Assembly (NCBI GenBank): GCA_022825895.1 | Contig: JAJDVX010000007.1 | Span: 2,960-66,959 of the forward strand | Reading direction: 5' to 3' | DNA length: 64,000 bases | Origin: Chloroflexota bacterium | GTDB taxonomy: Bacteria > Chloroflexota > UBA11872 | In this document: piece by piece, positions 7,433-16,371 of the stretch | How the letters are laid out: each line of letters opens with the position of its first letter | How positions within the stretch are numbered: the first letter of the stretch is position 1 | The notes under the pieces: model-generated | What the model was told of the DNA's origin: nothing | The model's input: only the letters and a program-made list of their open reading frames with translations | Databases searched by the model: none | Made by a program: the position numbers and the translations under genes

Positions 7433-9808
7433 ATGGACAATCTGCGACGCGAGAATCAAGCCCTGCGCGAGCGCCTCTCGAACCTCAGTGAGGCCAGCCT
7501 TCGCATCACCGAGGACCTCGACCCCGACACCGTCTTTCAGGAGGTGGTGGACGCGGCGCGCTCCCTCACCGGAGCCACCCGGGCTTGCCTCATCGCTGTG
7601 GACGACACCGGACGCTTCCAGGCCTTTTTCACATCGGGCGTCACGGCAGGGGATCACCAACTGATGCTCGAAGTGCCGGACGGCATCGAGATTTTCCACT
7701 ACCTGACCCGGCTGATCGAACCACTGCGCGTTCAAGACTTCGCTGCGCATCTCGCGACGGTTGGCCTTCCCGAGGTCGGCCCGCCGCTCGGTCCGGTGAC
7801 CAGCTTCCTGGGCGCGCCCATCCGGCACCGCGGGCGCCATGTCGGCAGTTTGTGCGTGACGGACAAGCAGGACGGTCGGGCGTTCACCCAGGAGGACGAG
7901 GACACCTTGCTCATGTTCGCCGCCCACGCGGCCATGGCCATTGCCAACGCCCACCGGTACCGGGAAGAAAAGCGAGCCAGGGCCGACCTCGAGACGCTGG
8001 TCAATACCTCTCCGGTTGGCGTCGTCGTCTTCGACGCGACGACGGGAATCCCGGTGTTGCTCAACCGAGAGGGTCGACGAATCGTCGATGGCCTGCGTAA
8101 TCCGGGACAGACGGCGGAGCAGCTGCTCGACGTGCTGACCTACCGACGCGCGGACGGTCGCGAGGTTTCCCTCGAAGAGTTTCCGCTGGCCCAGGTGCTC
8201 GGCCGGAGCGAAACGCTCCGAGCCGAGGAGGTGGTCATGCAGGTTCCCGATGGCCGAAGCGTGACCACGCTGGTCAACGCAACGCCCATACGGTCCGCGA
8301 TGGGCGACATCGAGTCGGTCGTCGTCACCTTGCAGGACATGACGCCCCTGGAACAGCAGGAACGGCAGCGCGCGGAATTCCTGGGGCTCGTAAGCCACGA
8401 ACTGCGCGCGCCCCTCACCTCCATCAAGGGGTCCGCCGCCGCCGTGCTGGGCGCCACGTCCGTCCTCGACGCCGCCGAAATGCACCAGTTTTTTCGGATC
8501 ATCGACGGGCAAGCCGACCATATGCTCGGCCTGATCAGCGATCTGCTTGACATGGCACGCATCGAGGCCGGGATGTTGACGGTGACCCCCGAACCTTCCG
8601 ATGTCACCAGCCTGGTCGACCGGGCTCGACAGATCGTTCTGAGCGGGCTGGGCCGACCCGGCCTACAAGTCAATCTCCCGCTGGATCTCCCGCGGGTGCA
8701 CGCCGACCGCGCACGCATCGTGCAGGTGCTCAGCAATCTGCTCGCCAACGCGGCCCGTCACGCGCCCGAGTCGTCAACGGTTTGCGTCACGGCCGAATCG
8801 GTCGACGCCCACGTGGCGGTCTCGGTCGTCGACCGTGGCGTGGGGATCTCGGCCGAGCGCCTTCCGCACCTGTTTCGAAAGTTCAGCCGCCCGGAGGACG
8901 CAGCACCTGGCGGCGGAATCGAGGAGACCGGCCTCGGGCTGGCGATTTGCCGCGGGATCGTCGAGGCGCACGGAGGCCGCATCTGGGCCGAGAGCGACGG
9001 GCCCGGTCGTGGCGCGCGCTTCACATTCACGATCCCGGCCGTGGCGGAGGCGGCCTCCACGCCGGTGCCGCACGCCGCACGGGCCGGCGCTGGCGGACGC
9101 CGGCGTACTCGAATTCTCGTCGTCGATGACGACCCGCAACTGCTCCGCTTCGTCCGCGACGAACTCTCGAAGGCGGGCTACGACGTTACCGCCGTCGGCG
9201 ACCCTGCCGAGGCGCTCGTGCAGCTGCGTCAGCAGCGGCCCCATCTTGCGCTGGTCGATTTGGTCCTGCCCGACACGGACGGTATCGCCCTCATGCAGGA
9301 CATCCACGCCGTCGCGGACATTCCCGTCATTTTCCTGTCCGCCTACGGCCGGGACGAAGTCGTTGCCTCGGCTCTCGAAATGGGCGCCGACGACTACATC
9401 GTCAAACCGTTTTCACCCACCGAGCTGTCGGCCCGCATTCACGCGGCCCTCCGCCGGCGGACGCCCCCGGCCGGCGTCGAGCCCACCGAGCCGCTGGTGC
9501 TCGGCGATCTGGTCGTCGTATTCGCCGAACGCCGCGTCACGGTGGCGGGACGGCCCGTGTCGTTGACGGCGACGGAGTTCGATCTGCTCGCCGAACTCGC
9601 CATCCACGCCGGCCAGGTGGTCACCCACGATCAGTTGCTGGCACGGGTGTGGGGACCGACGGCCTCCCGCGATGTACGGGTGATTCGCACTCACCTGGCG
9701 CGACTGCGCCGCAAGCTCGGCGAGGACGCGAGCAACCCGACCTATATCGTCGCGCAGCCGCGCGTCGGCTACCGTCTCGCAACGGCCGAACCATCGACCG
9801 GCGCCTGA
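7433..9808 (+). CDS. Fused sensor histidine kinase - receiver - OmpR-type winged-helix regulator (GAF-PAS-HisKA-HATPase-REC-wHTH)
   Basis: Motifs seen: H-box SHELRAPLTSIKG; N-box LSNLLANAARHAP; G-boxes DRGVGI and GLGLAICRGIVEAHGGRIWAES; receiver RILVVDDD...LALVDLVLPDTDG...KPF; wHTH LTATEFDLLAELA...RTHLARLRRKL...VGYRL. The start is taken at MDNLRRENQ (7433). Confidence 0.85.
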   Translation: MDNLRRENQALRERLSNLSEASLRITEDLDPDTVFQEVVDAARSLTGATRACLIAVDDTGRFQAFFTSGVTAGDHQLMLEVPDGIEIFHYLTRLIEPLRVQDFAAHLATVGLPEVGPPLGPVTSFLGAPIRHRGRHVGSLCVTDKQDGRAFTQEDEDTLLMFAAHAAMAIANAHRYREEKRARADLETLVNTSPVGVVVFDATTGIPVLLNREGRRIVDGLRNPGQTAEQLLDVLTYRRADGREVSLEEFPLAQVLGRSETLRAEEVVMQVPDGRSVTTLVNATPIRSAMGDIESVVVTLQDMTPLEQQERQRAEFLGLVSHELRAPLTSIKGSAAAVLGATSVLDAAEMHQFFRIIDGQADHMLGLISDLLDMARIEAGMLTVTPEPSDVTSLVDRARQIVLSGLGRPGLQVNLPLDLPRVHADRARIVQVLSNLLANAARHAPESSTVCVTAESVDAHVAVSVVDRGVGISAERLPHLFRKFSRPEDAAPGGGIEETGLGLAICRGIVEAHGGRIWAESDGPGRGARFTFTIPAVAEAASTPVPHAARAGAGGRRRTRILVVDDDPQLLRFVRDELSKAGYDVTAVGDPAEALVQLRQQRPHLALVDLVLPDTDGIALMQDIHAVADIPVIFLSAYGRDEVVASALEMGADDYIVKPFSPTELSARIHAALRRRTPPAGVEPTEPLVLGDLVVVFAERRVTVAGRPVSLTATEFDLLAELAIHAGQVVTHDQLLARVWGPTASRDVRVIRTHLARLRRKLGEDASNPTYIVAQPRVGYRLATAEPSTGA

Positions 9809-11887
9809 CCGTGCGCGGGGTCCGGGCGTGGATCGTCGATGGGCGAACGGCTGCCGCAGGCGCCCGGCATGCCACCGTTGCCGGAAACCGTCCAGCGGGC
9901 ACCTGATCAACACTTCGCAGAAGCTGCACGCGGGGCGTCTCGGCCTTGCCGCGGCGCACACGCACCGCCAGGGACTTCACACTGAGGCCCCATGGGTGGT
10001 CCATCGCGTGTCCGACGCCCGGGCGCCTCAGGCCCGCAGGGTCGCGACCTCGTCCTCCCCGATCCGTCGGCGGACCCGTGCCTGTTCGTGACGTCCTGAG
10101 GCACCAGGCATACAACGGCGCGAGGTCTGGTGGACCAGGTCGCCAATCGAACCCGGCCACCTGAGGAACGCCGTACGGTACCGCTGTGCGGCTCGGCCGG
10201 TGATTCCCGAGGCCCTTGCCTCAGATCCGTCGACGCTCAGCCCCAGGCGGCCGCGCACGTCAATCCCCCGGCTGGCGCTGCCGGCACCTGCCGGCCAGGC
10301 CGGTCACACCCCCGTGGCGGATGGAGTGTGGGCGGCGCTTGGCGAAGAACGCGAGCCAGCCGTGCCAGGGGTATTCGGCTCACTCGCACACCCCCGGCCA
10401 CGGTCGTCGCCGCCGCTACGTCAGCCGGCTGTGCGCCATGTCGATGGCCACGTGGGCCACGCCCGCTGTCGTCGGCGTGCTCGGCGAGCGCGGGCACGGT
10501 CTGGCTCGGGCCAGGCCTGGTCGGCCCCAGGCGCATGTCGCGACCACACACATCGGCGCAATGTTCGGCGCACCGGGCGGACTCGGCGGGGCGGCTCCAG
10601 TTGGCCTTGCGGTCCCTGTGGTCTCCGCGCTGCTTCCGACCACATTGCCGTAGCTGCCGCGACGCGCTTTCAAAAGGTCGCCGAGTTCGACGCAGGTTGT
10701 GGATTCCGTCCCTACCACGACATCGCCCGTACTGCCCAGCGTCCACGCGAACGCCTGCTGCCCGTCGTGCCGATGGTCGTGCCGGCGGGCGAATCCTGCG
10801 CGTGCGCAGGATACGCACGGGTCGAACTGAGGGTTGCCTGGTGCCGGTTGCCGCAGCCAGAGCGGTGCGTTTGACGCCCTAGGTGAGCCAACCGGCGGCC
10901 ACCGGCGCGACGGTGCCCCCCACGGCGACGCAGCGGCGGCGTGTCACCTGACTTGCACCGTGGGCATCCACGACGACGGCACGAACCGTGGCCCATGCCG
11001 CCGCCATGTCGGCTGCAACCGGAGATTCCCCGGACACTGCAGGCGGCCGGGATGCGTGCACGTGGGTTCGGGTCGTCGACCCAACAGCCCACGCCGTCGT
11101 GCCGCCCGATCGCATACGTCGCCGCCGGGAACCGCACGTGGCGGGTGTCTCCCGATGTCAACGCTGGCGGAAGCGGCTGGAGTAGCAGCATGGACCATAG
11201 ATAGTCGGCCTGAACCAAGTTACGAACGCATTACAATCTCGGTCACTGACGGTCAGCGTTTCGTGACGCGTCGGCAGCTCGGCCGTTGACGATCCCTGAC
11301 ACCGACTCGGCGCGTACGAGGCTGGCCCAGGCGCAGCACCCGGCCATCGGGGTCAACGTCGACGGGTGCGCGACGGTGCACGGCGCCTGCCGGGCTCGCA
11401 TACGAATCCGCGCCAACGGCGGCCGGCGGCCGATTCCGATCGCCAGGTTCGCCGGCTCGCGACCGGCGCCGAACGGCGTGCGTGTCCAACGCCCGGCCGG
11501 CCGGTGGGGCCTCGACCTGTCCATTGACCTGCGCCCCCGCGTCGATGGCGCCCGTCGTCCGACCACGGCCGGGATTCAGGGGCACGGTCCCTCGCCAACG
11601 GGCCGACCGGCCTTGTCCGGCGTGTCGAGCCCGACCGACTGCGTGCCTCCCGGCCCGATCCTCGGCAGGGCCGCGCGCACGCCGGCCGACAGCGAGGTAC
11701 GTCGAACCTGCGGCGGCCCGACGGCCGAGATGCCGGCCGGCCGCCCGTCGAGGCGTACCGGCCCGGACTCTCGCTGCACCGTCGACGGCCAGGCGGCCGG
11801 TACCGGGCATCCGCTGGTCACCGGCTCGGGGCCGCTCGGCGGTCGGCGGTCGCGCCGGCGAGTGCCGCCGGCGCCGGGTCGGCGCCC

Positions 11888-12898
11888 CTAGCGCATCGAT
11901 CGCCGACGCTGCCGGGACCGCCCGCGCGTTACCCGATCGACCGCGCGCGGCAACTGCAGCCGGTCCACCGGCGAGTGCCGCCGGTGCCGCGCCACCACGT
12001 CTGAGTGCGCGAGGTGCATGTAGTGATTGACCATCCGCAGGCTGGTGTGGCCGAGGATGCGCTGCAAGGTCAGCACGTCGCCCCCGGCCTTCAGATACGA
12101 GACGGCAAAGGTATGCCGGAAGAGATGCACCGTGAGGCGCGGGATGCCACAGCGTTTCCGCAGCCGCCGGATGCACAGGTAGAGCGAGCCGCGCGTCAGC
12201 GGGTAGCCGTCCTGGGTCAGGAACACCGGCTCGCCCAGGGCCGGCAGCGCGGGCTCCGGCCGGTAGCGGTAGACGTAGACGTGCAGGGCCGCCAGCGTGC
12301 GCATGCCCACCGCCACGTGACGGGCCTTGCCGCCCTTGCCGCGCCGCACCCGCACCTCGCCGGTGGCCAAATCCAGACCGTCGACCGTGAGGCCGCAGAG
12401 TTCCGACGCCCGCAGGCCCGAGTCCAGCAATGTCAGCACGATCGCCCGTCCCCGCGCGTCGGCGTAGGTGTCCTGAGCCATGGCGGCCAGCACCTGCTGC
12501 TGCTCCGCTGGGCTCAGCGGCTCCACCTCGCGCTCAGGGAGCCGGCCGGGGTGGAAGTCGGCCAGGCGATTGGCCTCCAGGTAGCCGTGCCGCCAGAGCC
12601 AGGACGCGAAGCTGCGCAGGGCCCGGCCCCGCTGGTGGATGGTGTAGGGACTCAGCCCGCCGCGCGGCCGCCGGTTGAGCGGGGTGGCCTTGCGCGGGCG
12701 TCGCTGCAGGTGCTGCTGATACAACAGCGCGCGCTCCAGCGTGAGGTCGTCGAGCGTCGCCGTCTCGCCGACAAACGCGGCAAAGTCGGCCAGGTTGTCG
12801 CCGTAGAGCCGAACCGTTTCCGGGGAGTAGCCCTGCCCGGTGAGGGTGGCCAGATAGTGCAGGGTGGCCCTGGCCAATGGGACCGAATCGGGGTGCAT
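11888..12898 (-). CDS. Tyrosine recombinase / phage-type integrase
   Basis: 336 aa. The N-terminal SAM-like domain has YSPETVRLYGDNL. The catalytic region has RASELCGL...HLFRHTFAVSYL...LGHTSLRMVNHYMH. Confidence 0.85.
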   Translation of the reverse strand: MHPDSVPLARATLHYLATLTGQGYSPETVRLYGDNLADFAAFVGETATLDDLTLERALLYQQHLQRRPRKATPLNRRPRGGLSPYTIHQRGRALRSFASWLWRHGYLEANRLADFHPGRLPEREVEPLSPAEQQQVLAAMAQDTYADARGRAIVLTLLDSGLRASELCGLTVDGLDLATGEVRVRRGKGGKARHVAVGMRTLAALHVYVYRYRPEPALPALGEPVFLTQDGYPLTRGSLYLCIRRLRKRCGIPRLTVHLFRHTFAVSYLKAGGDVLTLQRILGHTSLRMVNHYMHLAHSDVVARHRRHSPVDRLQLPRAVDRVTRGRSRQRRRSMR

Positions 12899-13060
12899 TG
12901 CCCCCTCCTACCATGGGATCGCGCGCCGCGCACGGAGGCGTGGCGCGCCTGGGGAGCGACTGCGGCGCCGGCGTGGCGTGAGCGTGATCCGGACGGGCGG
13001 AAAGCTGGATGTCGCGAACCGCCGCCAATCGGCGAGATTCGTCGATCTACTTCTGTTAGG

Positions 13061-13133
13061 AGCGGGGGACGGGATTCGAACCCGCGACATCCAGCTTGGA
13101 AGGCTAGCGCTCTACCATCTGAGCTACCCCCGC
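13061..13133 (-). tRNA. tRNA-Gly (anticodon TCC)
   Basis: The reverse complement GCGGGGGTAGCTCAGATGGTAGAGCGCTAGCCTTCCAAGCTGGATGTCGCGGGTTCGAATCCCGTCCCCCGCT folds as a cloverleaf. It has a 7-bp acceptor stem, a D arm GCTC/GAGC, an anticodon stem CTAGC/GCTGG with loop CTTCCAA, and a T arm with TTCGAAT. CCA is not encoded. Confidence 0.9.
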
Positions 13134-13371
13134 CGACAAGATTGGCGCCGACCCGCGGCACTTCAACCAACTGCGGACGCCAACCTGACCACGTTGATCG
13201 TACCGAACCAGTTGCCGGGGGTTTTTCGCCCACCCATGGACGCCATTTCCGCTAACATGCTGGCCGCTAGACGGGTGTGCGCCACTCAGTGGAGGGCGAA
13301 ACCCCTCATTCCGGTGGGTAGGCCATGCCTTGTGACCTTCAGACTCAGCAGACGATGGAAGCGCCACGCGC

Positions 13372-14223
13372 GTGACTGACCTTCACTTCGGCCACTTTTC
13401 GGCCATTCCCGAGTACCAGCAAGTCAACCGCGACCTCGTCGCCAGGCTGCTTGACCGTGTGCCCAATCCGTTCGTTCATCTGGATGTGGCCACCGGCGCA
13501 GGTCTGATCCCGCAGCTCATCATTGAAGAAGCGACGGCCCGCGGCTACCACGGACGGGTCATTGCCCTCGACCGAAACCAGCGCGCCCTTGAGATCGCCC
13601 GCGAAACCGTGCGCGGAAACGAGAATGTCAGTGTGACGTTCGTTCATGGTGACGCTCGCGACGTGCGGACCGCCGTGGAGGATCTCCTCCCCTCCGAGGG
13701 CGTCGATTCGGTCAGCATTCACGACGCGATTCATGAGATCGAAGGCGAGGACAACCAGCGTCGCGTCTTCAGTTCGCTAGCGGACGTCGCCCGGAACGGC
13801 GCCTTCTTATCAATCAATAGCTCGTTCACTGCGACCTCAATGGCCGTTGGCCATTCTATGCGCGGCCACGGCGAATGGAAGCTCCACTTTGTGCGGCTGA
13901 CCGGGGCCAAGCGCGAGCGAAAGATCGAGACGCTGGCCTACCGATCGCACGAGGACTACAAACAGATGATTCGGGACGCCGGCTTCCGCGTCGTGCATGA
14001 GGAAGACCGCGAAGTCATCCTCACCAGAACCGCTCTCAAGGCCATCGCTCGCTACCCTGTATTCGTACGCGGCATGGCCAAGGATCTGACCTTCTCGCGT
14101 GACGTGAGCCTGGCCGAGCTAAGCGACGCGATGAGCGCCGCCGTTGACAAGATTCGATTCGACTTTCTGCCCCGCCTTTGGTACGGGGTCATCGCCCAGA
14201 AAGTAGCGTCCGAACCCGCCTAG
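13372..14223 (+). CDS. Class I SAM-dependent methyltransferase
   Basis: 283 aa. Motif I is HLDVATGAGLI, followed by VIALDRN and the post-I/II pattern. Confidence 0.7.
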   Translation: MTDLHFGHFSAIPEYQQVNRDLVARLLDRVPNPFVHLDVATGAGLIPQLIIEEATARGYHGRVIALDRNQRALEIARETVRGNENVSVTFVHGDARDVRTAVEDLLPSEGVDSVSIHDAIHEIEGEDNQRRVFSSLADVARNGAFLSINSSFTATSMAVGHSMRGHGEWKLHFVRLTGAKRERKIETLAYRSHEDYKQMIRDAGFRVVHEEDREVILTRTALKAIARYPVFVRGMAKDLTFSRDVSLAELSDAMSAAVDKIRFDFLPRLWYGVIAQKVASEPA

Positions 14224-14238
14224 ACAGGCGACGCGGCG

Positions 14239-15012
14239 CTACGCCGCTTCCGAGAGGTAGCGCCACCACGAGCGCCAAGCCTGCCCCATGGCCACAAACT
14301 GGTCGCCGGCCCACGGATACTTGCGGTTTGAGTCGTTGAAAAACGCCTCGATCTCCGCCTCGTCCAGATCCGCGCTAAAGAGCCCGCGCTGCTCAACGCG
14401 CGGCAGGTAGCGAATCTTGAACATGAACCGCCATTGGTCGGTCTGGTTGGGCTGCGCGCAGTGCCAGAGGGACTCGTGAATAAACGCGATCCGTCCTCCC
14501 GGTCCAGTCAGCTGTCGCTGCCCCAGGAAGTTTTTGTAGCGCGTCACGTCGTGATAGCTCACCCGTCGGACGTGCGAGCCGGGAAGCACCAGCGTCGGCC
14601 CCATCTCGGCCGGCGCATCGTGCGGGAAGTAGCAGACCAGGATGTCGAATTGCCGCGGATGGTCTTGCGCCAGGCTCGAGTCCACATGCCAGCGCTGCGC
14701 CTCGCGCTTTCCAGGAGCCACCGTGTGCAGGAATGAGTGGTCGTGGATGGCATCGGGTCCTACAAGGCTATCCACCACGCCCCGCACGGCTGGCAAATCA
14801 AACACTTGACGCACCGCCTCGGAAAAGTCCCAGAATTCGCGCGGCTTGTTCGGGTTGTAGCCCCGGTTCTTTGGGTAGGCCAGGGCGTCGCGGTGCACCT
14901 GGGCGTTGAGGTCGTCGGGCACCAGGTCTCCACACTCAAGAAAGCCGTCCACGACAAACCGCGCCATCTCGAGCGCACCAATTCGGTGGCTCATCTGAGT
15001 CTCAGTCGTCAT
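14239..15012 (-). CDS. Phytanoyl-CoA dioxygenase (PhyH)-family Fe(II)/2-oxoglutarate oxygenase
   Basis: Motifs: FLHTVAPGKREAQRWHVDS (HxD), ...TLVLPGSH, ...SLWHCAQPN. The start is taken at MTTETQMSHR (15012), which overlaps the upstream gene's stop as ATGA. Confidence 0.65.
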   Translation of the reverse strand: MTTETQMSHRIGALEMARFVVDGFLECGDLVPDDLNAQVHRDALAYPKNRGYNPNKPREFWDFSEAVRQVFDLPAVRGVVDSLVGPDAIHDHSFLHTVAPGKREAQRWHVDSSLAQDHPRQFDILVCYFPHDAPAEMGPTLVLPGSHVRRVSYHDVTRYKNFLGQRQLTGPGGRIAFIHESLWHCAQPNQTDQWRFMFKIRYLPRVEQRGLFSADLDEAEIEAFFNDSNRKYPWAGDQFVAMGQAWRSWWRYLSEAA

Positions 15013-15340
15013 TGGCGGTCTCCACGCGAACGAAACGCTCCAGCACATATTCCCACGGCAGCGGCCCCGTCTCGTGCTCGGCTCCTCGCGGGTACGTGGG
15101 CAACTGCGGCAACTGCACCACCCGCCAGCCATCGTGCATGGCGTCCACCACCGATTCGTATGGCGGTTCTGGTTGGTCGCCGGCCTGCATCTGCTGATCG
15201 CCGGCGGGACGCGTCCCGTCAAAGAGCGCCCAGGCCACGGTCTGCGCGCCAAGGTCGGGTTCGGCCAAGTGCAGGATCAGGATCTGCTGTCGCGTTCCCG
15301 CCATTTCCGGTTGAAGCACCGTGCGCGCTGGCACTGCCAT
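15002..15340 (-). CDS. Hypothetical small protein, translationally coupled to the PhyH-like gene
   Basis: The 112-aa ORF has protein-like composition (…ILILHLAEPDLGAQTVAWALFDG…GWRVVQLPQLPTYPRG…). No family was recognised. Confidence 0.4.
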   Translation of the reverse strand: MAVPARTVLQPEMAGTRQQILILHLAEPDLGAQTVAWALFDGTRPAGDQQMQAGDQPEPPYESVVDAMHDGWRVVQLPQLPTYPRGAEHETGPLPWEYVLERFVRVETANDD

Positions 15341-15442
15341 GGTAGGACTCGCGTGGCACCTCGCAATCCATCGTTCAGTAACGGCACGACCGCTGGAAGC
15401 GTGGGATGCTGGGCCGCTGCCGAAGTTCGGCCGGGAGATGAC

Positions 15443-16309
15443 ATGCAGTTCGTTCGGTTCACCAAGTTCTGGGAAGACCTGGACGTTCGCCAGTTAGGCG
15501 AGCGCGCGCGGGAACTCGGCTACGACGGCCTGGACCTTGCGGTCCGCGACGGTCACGCCATCAGCTCCGCCAACGTCACCGCCAAGCTCCCCGGCGCCGT
15601 ACGCGTCTGGCGCGAGATCGGCGTGGACTGCCCGATGATCTCCTCGTCCACCGATCTCATCGATCCCAGCGCCGCCAGTGCCGTTGCACTATTCGAGGCA
15701 GCGGCCGCCGCCGGCGTACCGCGTATCAAGATCGGCTACTTCAAGTTCAATCCCGGAAACTCGTTTGAGGAACTCTGGTCGTCGGCTCGCCAGCAGCTTG
15801 ATGGCTTCGAGCGCCTCAGCCGCCGAACCGGCGTTCAGACCATGTATCACACGCACAGTGGCCAATGCCTCGGATCCAACTGCGCCGGAATGCGCCACCT
15901 GCTGCAGGGCTACGACCCGGAACACGTCGGCGCATACGTGGATCTGGGCCACCTCGCCATCAACGGCGAGGACGTGCAGATGGGTCTGGCGATGCTGCGC
16001 GACCGACTCTCGGCCATCGGCGCCAAGGATGCCCGCCACTTTCCGGACCAGCGTCCCGACCGCCGGGCCAGGTTCGCCGACGGCTTCGTGCTGCTCGGAC
16101 AGGGCGCCGCCGAGTGGCCGGAAGCTATGGCGCTGCTCACGGCATGGGGCTTCGACGGGCCCATTACCGTTCACACCGAGTACACGACCGATCAGGACGT
16201 TATCGGCACCGTCGGCGCTGGTGAGTACACCCCCGAGGCCATCGCCCTTCGCGCACGCGGCGAGGTGGAAGATCTTGCCTATCTCCGCGGACTTCAGGAT
16301 TCCGGGTGA
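15443..16309 (+). CDS. Sugar phosphate isomerase/epimerase (xylose-isomerase-like TIM barrel)
   Basis: Protein from MQFVRFTKFWEDLDVRQLGERARELGYDGLDLAVRDGH..., with YHTHSG and YVDLGHL metal-site-like motifs. The upstream part of the track ORF overlaps the opposite-strand genes and was discarded. Confidence 0.7.
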   Translation: MQFVRFTKFWEDLDVRQLGERARELGYDGLDLAVRDGHAISSANVTAKLPGAVRVWREIGVDCPMISSSTDLIDPSAASAVALFEAAAAAGVPRIKIGYFKFNPGNSFEELWSSARQQLDGFERLSRRTGVQTMYHTHSGQCLGSNCAGMRHLLQGYDPEHVGAYVDLGHLAINGEDVQMGLAMLRDRLSAIGAKDARHFPDQRPDRRARFADGFVLLGQGAAEWPEAMALLTAWGFDGPITVHTEYTTDQDVIGTVGAGEYTPEAIALRARGEVEDLAYLRGLQDSG

Positions 16310-16371
16310 GCTGGCGCGCGCCGTGCCCTGAGAGCCGATAGCGCCCGGATCACGTAGCGTCCAGCGCCACC

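Larger units (their letters stand above)
1..13060. mobile_element. Partial integrative (probably conjugative) element. Its right end abuts tRNA-Gly; its left end is outside the window.
   Basis: A tyrosine integrase lies 162 bp from the 3' end of tRNA-Gly. An XRE/ImmA-type regulatory pair, PrgI/VirB4/VirB2-like transfer genes and a ParA-like ATPase all lie on the tRNA 3' side. Confidence 0.6.

Noticed and set aside
12005-13255. 416-aa plus-strand ORF
   Set aside because: It is antisense to the integrase and runs straight through tRNA-Gly. The composition is low complexity.
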